DNA from: Candidatus Woesearchaeota archaeon
GTDB lineage: Archaea > Nanobdellota > Nanobdellia > Pacearchaeales > GW2011-AR1
Direction: 5' to 3'
Length of the DNA stretch: 64,000 nucleotides
Assembly: GCA_964448605.1 (NCBI GenBank)
Contig: CAYUZV010000004.1
Location: forward strand, 645-64,644
Of this stretch, positions 55,917-64,000 are shown piece by piece. The stretch's first letter is position 1. Each line of letters starts with the position of its first letter. The position numbers were made by a program, and so were the translations under genes. The notes beneath the pieces are model-generated. The model was not told the DNA's origin, ran no database searches, and was given only the letters and a program-made list of their open reading frames with translations.

Positions 55917-56996
55917 ATGCAAACTTATGAAAAAGACGAAACAATAGAAACACCAAATATAAAAAATCCTACTCAAAAAAAACACCTAACTAAATTAGAT
56001 ATTTTAAAAAAATTAAGTTCAGGAACTCCCTTAAGAGAAGGATTAAATGATATTGTAATTTCAAAAATGGGTGCCTTAGTGATAATCTATAATCCTGAAG
56101 TTTCTAAAATTTTCCAAGGAGGTTTTAGAGTAGATTGTAAATTTACATCAAAAAGACTTGCAGAACTTGCAAAAATGGATGGAGCAATAATTCTCTCTGA
56201 AGATTTCAAAAAAATATTATATGCAAACACACTCCTAACACCAGACCCATCACTAACAACAACTGAAACAGGAACAAGACACCAATCAGCACAAAGAACA
56301 GCAAAACAAACAAATGGATTAGCAATAGCTGTTTCAGAAAGAAAAGGAGAAATAACGATTTACTACAAAGATTCAAAATACACCCTTCAACAACCAGAAA
56401 ACCTTTTAAGAAGAGCAACAGAAACTCTCCAAATTTTAGAAAAACAAAGAGAAATCTTAAATGAACTCCTGACTAATTTAAATGTTTTAGAAATAACTGA
56501 ACTTGTTTCAATAGCAGATGTTTGCAAAACACTTCAACGAATAGAAATGATAAAAAAAATGTCAAGAATTGTAAATGAATATATAGTGGAACTTGGAAAA
56601 GACGGAACAATTGTCAGAATGAGAATGAAAGAAATACTTCAGGGAATAGAAAAAAAAGAATTCCTGATTCTAAAGGATTATCATCCAAGACCTTTAAGAA
56701 CAATTAATTTCTTTGAAAACTTTAATTTTGAAGAAATACTTAATTCAAAAAAAATAGCAGAACTTATTTTTAAAAAGTCATTAGAATCAGAACTCAATCC
56801 CAAGGGATATAGATTTCTTTCAAAAACCTCAATAACAAAAACAGAAACAGAAAACCTAATAAAAAATACAAAAAACATTCAGGAAATATTTAATTTAGAA
56901 AAAGAAACTCTAAAAAAATATCTAAAAGGACCTGAAGAATTTAAAAAAGAGGTCAATCACATTAAAGAACAAATAATGGTAGGTAAGAGAATATAG
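55917..56996 (+). CDS. disA: DisA-type diadenylate cyclase (DAC domain, linker and degenerate HhH)
   Basis: GALVIIYN, DGAIILSED, TGTRHQSAQRTAKQTNGLAIAVSERKGEITIYY. 359 aa, as for bacterial DisA. Confidence 0.8.
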   Translation: MQTYEKDETIETPNIKNPTQKKHLTKLDILKKLSSGTPLREGLNDIVISKMGALVIIYNPEVSKIFQGGFRVDCKFTSKRLAELAKMDGAIILSEDFKKILYANTLLTPDPSLTTTETGTRHQSAQRTAKQTNGLAIAVSERKGEITIYYKDSKYTLQQPENLLRRATETLQILEKQREILNELLTNLNVLEITELVSIADVCKTLQRIEMIKKMSRIVNEYIVELGKDGTIVRMRMKEILQGIEKKEFLILKDYHPRPLRTINFFENFNFEEILNSKKIAELIFKKSLESELNPKGYRFLSKTSITKTETENLIKNTKNIQEIFNLEKETLKKYLKGPEEFKKEVNHIKEQIMVGKRI

Positions 56997-57077
56997 TAAT
57001 TTTTATAACTTATTAGATTTAATTATTCTAATCATTCCCAGAATTAATTTTATAAATACCAACTCCTTAAAAAAATT

Positions 57078-57989
57078 ATGCCAATAAATGCACATCCCGA
57101 ATATCTTAATGCAGAAAAAAAATTTCATTCATCTCAAACAGATGAAGAAAAATTAAAAGCACTTGAAGAAATGATTAAATTTGTTCCAAAACACAAAGGA
57201 GCAGAAGCATTAAGAAAAAATATTAAAACAAGATACAAAAAACTAAAACAAGAACTAACAATAAAAAAGAAAAAATCATCCTCTAAAAAAGGAATTAAAA
57301 AAGCAAAAATGCAGGCAGTCCTTGTTGGATTAACTAATTCTGGAAAATCTTCAATATTAAAATCACTTACAAATGCAGAACCTAAAATAGCAAGTTATGG
57401 ATTTACAACAACAGAACCTGAAATCGGAACACTTTCCCACAAAGGATATTACATTCAACTAATAGAACTTCCTCCAATAAGTTCAGAAACTTTCGACAGG
57501 GGAATTGCAAACAACACTGACACTCTTCTAATAGTTGTTGAAAAAATACATGAGATTGAAGAAATCTTTAAATCAATAAACAAATCAGAAATAAAAAAAA
57601 TAATAATATTCAACAAAATAGATTTACATGATGAAAACACAAAAAGAAAAATTTCAGAAACACTCAAATCAAAAAAATATAATTTTGTTTTAACCTCAAC
57701 AATAACAAATGAAGGAATTGAAGAATTAAAAAATAAAATCACAGATTCTTTTGAAGTAATAAGAGTTTACACAAGACATCCTGGAAAAAAAGAAAAAAAT
57801 CAAGACCTTCCAGTCATCCTTTCACCAAAATCAACACTTGAAGATGTTGCAGAAAAAATCCTTCACGGATATTCAAAAAAAGTCAAATTCGCAAAAATCA
57901 CAGGTCCCTCTTGCAAATTCCCAAAACAACAAGTCGGACTAAAACACATAGTAAAAGACAAAGACATCGTAGAATTTGTTACTGAATAG
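57078..57989 (+). CDS. DRG/Obg-like GTP-binding protein with C-terminal TGS domain
   Basis: G1 GLTNSGKSS, G4 NKIDL, and TGS IRVYTRHPGKK...VGLKHIVKDKDIVEF. Confidence 0.8.
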   Translation: MPINAHPEYLNAEKKFHSSQTDEEKLKALEEMIKFVPKHKGAEALRKNIKTRYKKLKQELTIKKKKSSSKKGIKKAKMQAVLVGLTNSGKSSILKSLTNAEPKIASYGFTTTEPEIGTLSHKGYYIQLIELPPISSETFDRGIANNTDTLLIVVEKIHEIEEIFKSINKSEIKKIIIFNKIDLHDENTKRKISETLKSKKYNFVLTSTITNEGIEELKNKITDSFEVIRVYTRHPGKKEKNQDLPVILSPKSTLEDVAEKILHGYSKKVKFAKITGPSCKFPKQQVGLKHIVKDKDIVEFVTE

Positions 57990-58042
57990 ATATATTCTTT
58001 TAATAATAAAAAACAATATAAACAAAAAAACAAGTTTATTTA

Positions 58043-58321
58043 ATGAAATTTAACAAAAAAATAATTAGTTGGATTTCCTCATCAATTCTCTCGATAATTA
58101 TGGTAAATGTAGGATTATCCGTAGTAAAAGAGGAAACAATTATTGGCATTATAACAATTCTAATCGGATTTATTCTACTATATTTTTCATATTATGCATT
58201 TCAAATAAGAGAAAACGAAAAGAAAATAAAACATCTAGAAGAATGGATTCAAACAAAAGAAGAAATCTTAAATACTCTAAAGGATATAGTAATATTAAAG
58301 AAAGTAAGCAAAATAAAATGA
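58043..58321 (+). CDS. small membrane protein (92 aa, 2 TM plus helix)
   Basis: Preferred over the overlapping frame 58069..58419, which is basic and low-complexity over the shared part. Confidence 0.4.
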   Translation: MKFNKKIISWISSSILSIIMVNVGLSVVKEETIIGIITILIGFILLYFSYYAFQIRENEKKIKHLEEWIQTKEEILNTLKDIVILKKVSKIK

Positions 58322-58419
58322 AAATAACCTCTGGAGATATTTTAGAACTAATAAAAATAGGAATAATAATAATAATAGGAATTTTTTTAATAATATCATT
58401 AATAACCACTCTTTTTTAA
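58318..58419 (+). CDS. possible 33-aa single-TM peptide
   Basis: MKITSGDILELIKIGIIIIIGIFLIISLITTLF. ATGA overlap with the stop of 58043..58321. Confidence 0.3.
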   Translation: MKITSGDILELIKIGIIIIIGIFLIISLITTLF

Positions 58420-58454
58420 AACAAAACAATAAAGATATTATCAATCATATTTAA

Positions 58455-59693
58455 TCACAATCCAAAAAACTCTCCCAATCTTTTAGCAGAATTCAAATAA
58501 TCATAAAATTTCACAGCTTCTCTATTTTGTTCTACTTTTTCAACTCCAGAAGAAATTCTTTCTGAAATACCTAAGGACAAACCAATATCTCTTCTCAAAC
58601 CCTTATCTTTCAAAATTCTTCTAACTTTTTCTAATCTTTCAGGACTATCTGGACTCATTGCAAGTTCATCTTGAGAATATAAATGACTTAAATCAATTCC
58701 ATTATCTTTAAAATCAGAAGTAATATTTCTTAAATCCCTTCCAACCATTGGAATTCCGCAAAGCCAAGGTTCTAAAAAAGCATAACCAAATCCCTCAAGC
58801 ACACTTGTTGAAACAACAAAATCAGAAATTGAAAATAAATCTGAAATAGTAAACCCATGTCCGTTCCCTTGCTTTAAAATATCATACGCCTTACCTAATG
58901 AAACAGGCAAATTAAATTCTCTCACTAATCCTTCTAATTTTTTTAAATAACTATTATCAGCAGGTCGAGTAACCAAAAGATTATGAGGATTTCCTTCATC
59001 ACTCAAAAGAGCACTCAAAAGAACAGCTTCCTCAATATTCTTCCTTTCAACAATTCTAACAGGATAAGTAAAAATTGAAAGTGAAGAATCAACAACACCC
59101 TCTCTTTCCAATTTTGACCTTAACACAGCCCCTCTCTCCTCATCCCTATAAAAATCATCACAAACAATTGGATTAGGTATCACAAAAACATTCTCCAATC
59201 CTTTAGCTCTTAATCTATCTCCATCAAAACTAGTAAGAGAAAAATAAGTAATTCCAGCAGGATAAATATCTTCTAAAGTTCCATTAACTCTTAAAAACTC
59301 TTCATGAGCTTCAGGCCTATCCTCAAGCAAATCATGAACCCTATAAAAAACTCTTCCAGGATTCTCTTCAGCAAATTTCTTATAAGCCATAGTAGATTCA
59401 GGTGCAACAGTCCCCACAACAGGATTTTCAATTAAAACAACATCTAAATCCTTACAAGCATTTCTCAAATCACTATAAGCAAAATCTCCATCTAACAATC
59501 TTGCATCTCTTTTCTCAAGATATTCTGGAATATCATCAGCAAAAGAACTTCCAATAACAACATAAGAATTATCAGGATAAAGTTCAGAGAGTCCTCTAAG
59601 ATTATCTAATGCTACTCTTGTAACTGCAGTATGTTCAAAATCTGAATGCACAAATCCTATTTTCATTTTAATCCTATAAAATTCCAAAAACAA
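58455..59693 (-). CDS. glycosyltransferase, GT4-like (probable start at Met10, nt 59666)
   Basis: STSVLEGFGYAFLEPWLCGIPMVG (E-x7-E). Specificity unknown. Confidence 0.7.
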   Translation of the reverse strand: MFLEFYRIKMKIGFVHSDFEHTAVTRVALDNLRGLSELYPDNSYVVIGSSFADDIPEYLEKRDARLLDGDFAYSDLRNACKDLDVVLIENPVVGTVAPESTMAYKKFAEENPGRVFYRVHDLLEDRPEAHEEFLRVNGTLEDIYPAGITYFSLTSFDGDRLRAKGLENVFVIPNPIVCDDFYRDEERGAVLRSKLEREGVVDSSLSIFTYPVRIVERKNIEEAVLLSALLSDEGNPHNLLVTRPADNSYLKKLEGLVREFNLPVSLGKAYDILKQGNGHGFTISDLFSISDFVVSTSVLEGFGYAFLEPWLCGIPMVGRDLRNITSDFKDNGIDLSHLYSQDELAMSPDSPERLEKVRRILKDKGLRRDIGLSLGISERISSGVEKVEQNREAVKFYDYLNSAKRLGEFFGL

Positions 59694-59775
59694 AACCCTT
59701 TTTAAATCTTTTCAATTATACCACTTTAAAGTGACAACCCTAATTAACATAAAAAACACTATTCAATAAAAACCC

Positions 59776-60795
59776 TTAATACCCTTTCGCCCCCAGCTTC
59801 TCCAGTCGAGCAACATCCACTCTACTCAACAATTCAACAATTTCCCTAGCAACAGCATTCTTCAAATCTTCTGGATGCAATTTCTTACTCTTAAAATCTT
59901 TTTCAATTTCTGAATAATTACTATACTCCAAATTCCCTCCCCATTTCTCATCACGAGAAACCAAAAACTTCTCACCCTTATCTTCCTTAATAACCATAAT
60001 AACATATTTCAAAAAAGCCATAATTCCATTATCAGGATTTCCTTCAACACAATCTGCCTTCCGAATTTTTGACTCCACAATTTCAGAAGAATCAGTTAAA
60101 TCAATCTTTGTCCGAGAATCACTTGAACTCATCTTCTTTCCAACCAAACCTGGAATCATTGAATTCATAACTTCAACTCTCCTATCATATCCAATCTTAG
60201 GCAAATTCTCTCTTGCAAACATCAATATCTTTCTCTGGTCAATGCCTCCAAACTGAACATCAACATTCAAATAAACCTCATCCAAAGACTGCATAATCGG
60301 ATAAATCAAACCACCTAAATTAGGATTATCCCCCATTTTAACAACTTCAGCAGCTGCCTTTTTACAATCCTTAACTGAATTCAGACTCGCCATTTTCAAA
60401 ACATCATAACTATACTCTGGCTTTAACTGAAACTCACTTCCCTTAACAAATTCAATTTTACTCAAATCACTTCCTAATGCCTTAAAAATCTGACTAATCG
60501 CCTCTTTATAATAATCATACCTTCTCTCCAAAATTTCCCAAGGTGTCCCATCCAAAGCACCATGCAAATCAGCAAGCAAAACCTTTACTTTAAAACCAGC
60601 TTTAACAAAATCACTCAATTTTAACAAAGGAAAAAAATAAGCAACAGATGGCTTTCCAGTCACAGCAGTTCCCCAATAAACAACAGGATTCTTCTTCTTT
60701 TCCAATAAATCCCGAAGCTCATCCTCTTTAACAATCTCCTGCGTGTTTCTTTTAATCAAATCAAACATTTCCATTAAAAATCTAAAAAATAACAT
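59776..60795 (-). CDS. tyrS: tyrosyl-tRNA synthetase, archaeal type
   Basis: KPSVAYFFPLLKL..., LADLHG, GGIDQRK, and KMSSS. Probable start at Met8 or Met10 (60774/60768). Confidence 0.9.
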   Translation of the reverse strand: MLFFRFLMEMFDLIKRNTQEIVKEDELRDLLEKKKNPVVYWGTAVTGKPSVAYFFPLLKLSDFVKAGFKVKVLLADLHGALDGTPWEILERRYDYYKEAISQIFKALGSDLSKIEFVKGSEFQLKPEYSYDVLKMASLNSVKDCKKAAAEVVKMGDNPNLGGLIYPIMQSLDEVYLNVDVQFGGIDQRKILMFARENLPKIGYDRRVEVMNSMIPGLVGKKMSSSDSRTKIDLTDSSEIVESKIRKADCVEGNPDNGIMAFLKYVIMVIKEDKGEKFLVSRDEKWGGNLEYSNYSEIEKDFKSKKLHPEDLKNAVAREIVELLSRVDVARLEKLGAKGY

Positions 60796-61088
60796 TTAAT
60801 AAATGTTTCTACTGCAAAAATCACTTCTCACAATAATTAACAAACCCTACTCTCCTCATAGCATTTTCAAAACTCCGATTTTCTTCTTCTCCCTCTTCTC
60901 CTTGTAAAGTATAACTCCCTCCCTTAGCCCGCCTTTCAGCAAGAACATCTAATCTCTTATCCTGAGGCCCTGCTACATACCAAACCCATCATCATCACAA
61001 AAAAATCCAAATAATCCAACAATATCAGTTTTCATAATACTATTCTATACTAATCATTTTTAAATATTTCTATATTACTGCTATCAAA

Positions 61089-61433
61089 ATGAAACCAACA
61101 CTAAACCGAATCTCATTAACAATCACTCTCTTAGGAATCCTCATCCTCCTAACTCTTTCAACTTTTCCTCCTAAAAAAATCCCCATATCAGAAATATACA
61201 AAAAACCCCTATACCATAAAGTAAACATACAAGGAAAAATCACACATGAAAAAACCTTCAATAAACATAACTTTGAACTAATCATTCTAAAAGACAACTC
61301 AAACAGCACAATTGATATAATAATCGACAAACCTCTCAACCTAACTCTAAATCAAGAAGTCCGGATAATCGGAGAAATAATACCTTATAAAAAAACAATA
61401 CAAGTAAAAGCAGACAAAGTTATAATTAAATAA
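61089..61433 (+). CDS. membrane-anchored OB-fold-like protein (114 aa)
   Basis: N-terminal TM, then VNIQGKITHEKTFNKHNFELIILKDNSNSTIDIII...EVRIIGEIIPYKK, typical of tRNA_anti-like OB folds. Confidence 0.5.
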   Translation: MKPTLNRISLTITLLGILILLTLSTFPPKKIPISEIYKKPLYHKVNIQGKITHEKTFNKHNFELIILKDNSNSTIDIIIDKPLNLTLNQEVRIIGEIIPYKKTIQVKADKVIIK

Positions 61434-61638
61434 AATTATCTTTAATCATAAAATTAATTATAAATCTAAAACTCATCAGAATTTATGAATAATTCAAAAT
61501 ATGAGATTATTAGTATTGTATTTGCAGTAATCGCAATAATTCTATCATGGAAAAAAGAATAGACAAAATAGAAGAAAACCAAGAAAAACCAAAGATTAAT
61601 AAGAATTAAAGAATATATAAAAAATATAAGGAGGATAA

Positions 61639-61791
61639 AATGAACAAAAAAGGTTTAACAGATATAGATTTATTGGATATAATAAAAATAATAGCCTTGA
61701 TTTTCTTGATTTATATAATCCTAAGCAACTTATCACCTCTTTTATCTTAAATCTTCCACCTGCCCCTATCCTGAACCACCTTCCCATCTAA
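61639..61791 (+). CDS. possible 50-aa membrane peptide with KKG-hydrophobic start
   Basis: AAGGAGG lies 7 nt upstream. MNKKG|LTDIDLLDIIKIIALIFLIYIIL... Its 3' end overlaps the convergent aminopeptidase gene. Confidence 0.25.
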   Translation, partial: NEQKRFNRYRFIGYNKNNSLDFLDLYNPKQLITSFILNLPPAPILNHLPI

Positions 61792-62838
61792 AATAATCTT
61801 GCTTTTTCTCATATCCTTTACAATATCCCAATGAATTGCAGAATCATTTCCTCCTCCATTCTGCTTATAAGCACTTCCTAAAGCCAGATGAATTGTCCCT
61901 CCAATTTTCTCATCAAACAACAAATCATTTGTAAACTTATTAACCTTAAAATTAAACCCAATACCAAACTCTCCGACATATGAAGCATTTTCATCAGTAT
62001 TTAACATCTCTTTTAAAAAATCCTCATTCTTTGAAGCATTAGCTGAAACAACTTTTCCATTCTCAAACCTCAATTCAATATCATTAACCTCTTTACCACT
62101 TCTTATTGCAGGATACTCAAATTTAATCCAACCATTCAATGACTCTCTAACAGGAGCCATAAAAATCTCTCCACCAGGCATATTCTCCTCACCTTTATCA
62201 GCAATACTATTTTTTCCTTTAATACTAAACTTCAAATCAACACCTTCTCCCTTCAACCAAACACCAGAACCTTTTTCAAAAATCTTATTTATTTTATCCA
62301 TTCCCTTGCCAATTTTCTTCCAATCCTGCAAACAAGCACCATAAACAAAATTCTCATATTCAGTCAAAGACATTGATGCCTCCTGTGCCATTGAAACAAC
62401 AGGATAAGCAATTGTCACACGACGAATTTTCTCCCTCTTCTCATTAACCCACTCTTTAATTGGATGCATAATCTTACTCCTTTCAATCATCTTCTTAGAA
62501 TCAACATTTGTCATCTCACGAATATTCATAGCAGTATTTACTCCAATAAAACATTGAGCACTTTTAATTGTTTCAAACCACTCTTCAGGAAAAGATTTTA
62601 TCTGATTTTCATCAGCATATTTAAAAAAGAAATCATTCACATCAGGCAAACCAACTTTAACAATCGGAATTCCTTTTTGCAAAACAACTTCCTTATAAAG
62701 TTCAACTAAAAAAGGAATTGCCTCTGAACCTCCTACAATAATAACTTTCTCACCAGGCTTAACACCAACAGAATATCTAACTGCAATTTTTGCTAACTCC
62801 CTCGCTCTTAAATCAACTGGCATATCATACTCCATCAC
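61747..62838 (-). CDS. aminopeptidase, M29 (AmpS/PepS) family
   Basis: KVIIVGGSEAIPF, GGEIFMAP, YVGEFGIGFN, DEKIGGTIHLALGSAY. Confidence 0.85.
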   Translation of the reverse strand: MMEYDMPVDLRARELAKIAVRYSVGVKPGEKVIIVGGSEAIPFLVELYKEVVLQKGIPIVKVGLPDVNDFFFKYADENQIKSFPEEWFETIKSAQCFIGVNTAMNIREMTNVDSKKMIERSKIMHPIKEWVNEKREKIRRVTIAYPVVSMAQEASMSLTEYENFVYGACLQDWKKIGKGMDKINKIFEKGSGVWLKGEGVDLKFSIKGKNSIADKGEENMPGGEIFMAPVRESLNGWIKFEYPAIRSGKEVNDIELRFENGKVVSANASKNEDFLKEMLNTDENASYVGEFGIGFNFKVNKFTNDLLFDEKIGGTIHLALGSAYKQNGGGNDSAIHWDIVKDMRKSKIILDGKVVQDRGRWKI

Positions 62839-62896
62839 CCTTAATAAATCCTTAAAAATTCATTACTTTTAAATATTACTATTTCTTAAAATTAAA

Positions 62897-63862
62897 ATGA
62901 CACTCCCAATATCAATAACAATAGTCTTAATAACCTCTATAATAATTTACTATACAGGAAAACATTTTGCAGAGGCATCTTCAAATTTAGGTGACTACTT
63001 AGGACTTCCTCGTTCAGTAAAAGGAGCAACTTTTGATGCAATTGCATCCTCATTACCAGAACTTCTTGTCGCCTTGTTTTCAGTAATCTTTTTCCTAAAA
63101 TTTGAAGTAGGAATCGGAACAATTGCAGGTTCAGCACTCTTCAACCTTTTAATTATCCCCGGAATCTGTGTCCTTGTCTCTCCAAAAATCTTCCAAGTAT
63201 CAAAAAAAGTCATAACAAGAGATGCTCTTTTCTACATTATTTCAGTTTTCATTCTTTTAGTAATACTTCTTTATTTCAAAACATGGGGAATCATAATAGC
63301 ACTTCTACTTCTAATAACTTATGCATTCTACCTCAAAAAAATAGTAAAAGATTCAAGAGAATATCATGGACCAAAAAAATCAGAAATAAACCTAACAAAA
63401 GAACTATCAATTTTTACATTTGCAATAATAATAATTGGAATAACAACCTATCTCCTAACAAAACATTCAATTCAACTCTCACATCTTTTAGGAATCTCGC
63501 CAATCCTAATTGCATTTACAATAACAGCAGCCGCAACTTCTATTCCAGACACAGTCATATCTTATGTAAATGCAAAAAAAGGAGACCTTTCAGATGCAAC
63601 CTCAAATGTCTTTGGCTCAAATATATTTGACATCTGCATTGGATTAGGATTTCCTCTTTTAATTTATTCAATACTCAAAGGTCCAGTCCAAATAATCTTC
63701 AACAATTTAGAAATAATATTAGGATTATTAGGTTCAACAATTCTTGTCCTATACTTCATGGCAGATGACCACAAACTCACAAAAAAAGAAGGAATCTCTC
63801 TCTTGTTAATGTATTTTGTATTTTTAATTTATATAATCCTGCTCTCATTAAATGCTATTTAA
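62897..63862 (+). CDS. Ca2+/Na+ antiporter (CaCA/YrbG family), second copy
   Basis: SLPELLVALFS...GTIAGSALFNLLIIPG and SIPDTVISYV...SNVFGSNIFDICIGLG. Confidence 0.8.
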   Translation: MTLPISITIVLITSIIIYYTGKHFAEASSNLGDYLGLPRSVKGATFDAIASSLPELLVALFSVIFFLKFEVGIGTIAGSALFNLLIIPGICVLVSPKIFQVSKKVITRDALFYIISVFILLVILLYFKTWGIIIALLLLITYAFYLKKIVKDSREYHGPKKSEINLTKELSIFTFAIIIIGITTYLLTKHSIQLSHLLGISPILIAFTITAAATSIPDTVISYVNAKKGDLSDATSNVFGSNIFDICIGLGFPLLIYSILKGPVQIIFNNLEIILGLLGSTILVLYFMADDHKLTKKEGISLLLMYFVFLIYIILLSLNAI

Positions 63863-63863
63863 A

Positions 63864-64000
63864 ATGCAAACCTTTCTACCTTACCCAAATTTTGAAAAAT
63901 CTCTAAAAATCTTAGACAACAAAAGACTTGGAAAACAAAGAGTAGAAGCATTTCAAATCCTAAATATACTTTTAAAAAGAACTCAAACCAAAGCATGGAA
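63864..64000 (+). CDS. partial ORF (runs off window); family possibly pyrimidine-dimer DNA glycosylase-like
   Basis: Starts MQTFLPYPNFEKSLKILDNKRLGKQRVEAFQIL. The family assignment is from memory only. Confidence 0.35.
   Translation, partial: MQTFLPYPNFEKSLKILDNKRLGKQRVEAFQILNILLKRTQTKAW

Noticed and set aside
58069-58419. 116-aa alternative-frame ORF overlapping 58043..58321
   Set aside because: The overlapping part translates to a basic, low-complexity sequence. Only its last 33 codons (58318..58419, ATGA-coupled) look like a plausible TM peptide.
61070-61339. Minus-strand 89-aa ORF overlapping 61089..61433
   Set aside because: The plus-strand product has a signal anchor plus an OB-fold-like pattern. 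The minus-strand product is irregular and hydrophobic with no start context.
1-64000. The window might come from a CPR bacterium, because LeuRS, AlaRS, DisA and DUF2156 are bacterial-type
   Set aside because: S3Ae, S8e, S17e, L44e, LSm, Alba, TFE, archaeal TyrRS, Nre and pervasive class III signal peptides are archaeal hallmarks. The bacterial-type genes are better explained by transfer or lineage-specific replacement.

Overview
AT-rich (roughly 30% GC by eye), densely coding 64-kb window from an archaeon. Evidence for archaeal origin: archaeal/eukaryotic-type ribosomal proteins S3Ae, S8e, S17e and L44e, an Sm-like protein, Alba, TFE, an archaeal-type TyrRS, and many [KR]G-hydrophobic class III (prepilin-like) signal peptides. 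The small genes, charged protein extensions and several bacterial-type enzymes (LeuRS, short AlaRS, DisA, MprF-C-like DUF2156) suggest a small-genome, DPANN-like lineage; that placement is inference only. I support 4 tRNAs (Arg-TCT, Cys-GCA, Met/Ile2-CAT, Val-GAC), 4 aminoacyl-tRNA synthetases and housekeeping genes (ndk, RNase Z, HIT, DRG GTPase, M29 aminopeptidase, rhomboid, Nre, two Ca2+/Na+ antiporters, VIT1). No rRNA, CRISPR array, integrase or transposase was seen. Most interesting: (1) a translationally coupled minus-strand operon with a PilC/TadC-like platform gene, ten different prepilin-like genes and three small accessory genes, with no ATPase or peptidase in cis; (2) an operon of a small RHH-like ORF, a 626-aa prepilin-like protein and an 1850-aa secreted Cys-rich giant protein, behind a tandem palindromic operator; (3) a 490-bp gene-free region packed with perfect hairpins, upstream of a wHTH-Mrr-like nuclease gene; (4) a repeated ~120-nt intergenic element (at least 3 copies) whose internal stem shows compensatory changes; (5) two KaiC-like ATPase / V4R-domain modules flanking a DUF2156 (aminoacyl-lipid synthase-like) plus thioester-reductase-like gene pair; (6) a tRNA-Cys-adjacent islet with VapBC and a DUF2130-type Zn-ribbon/coiled-coil/nuclease-like protein; (7) several interrupted genes (one frameshift, in-frame stops). 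All family names come from motif recognition by eye; no searches were run.
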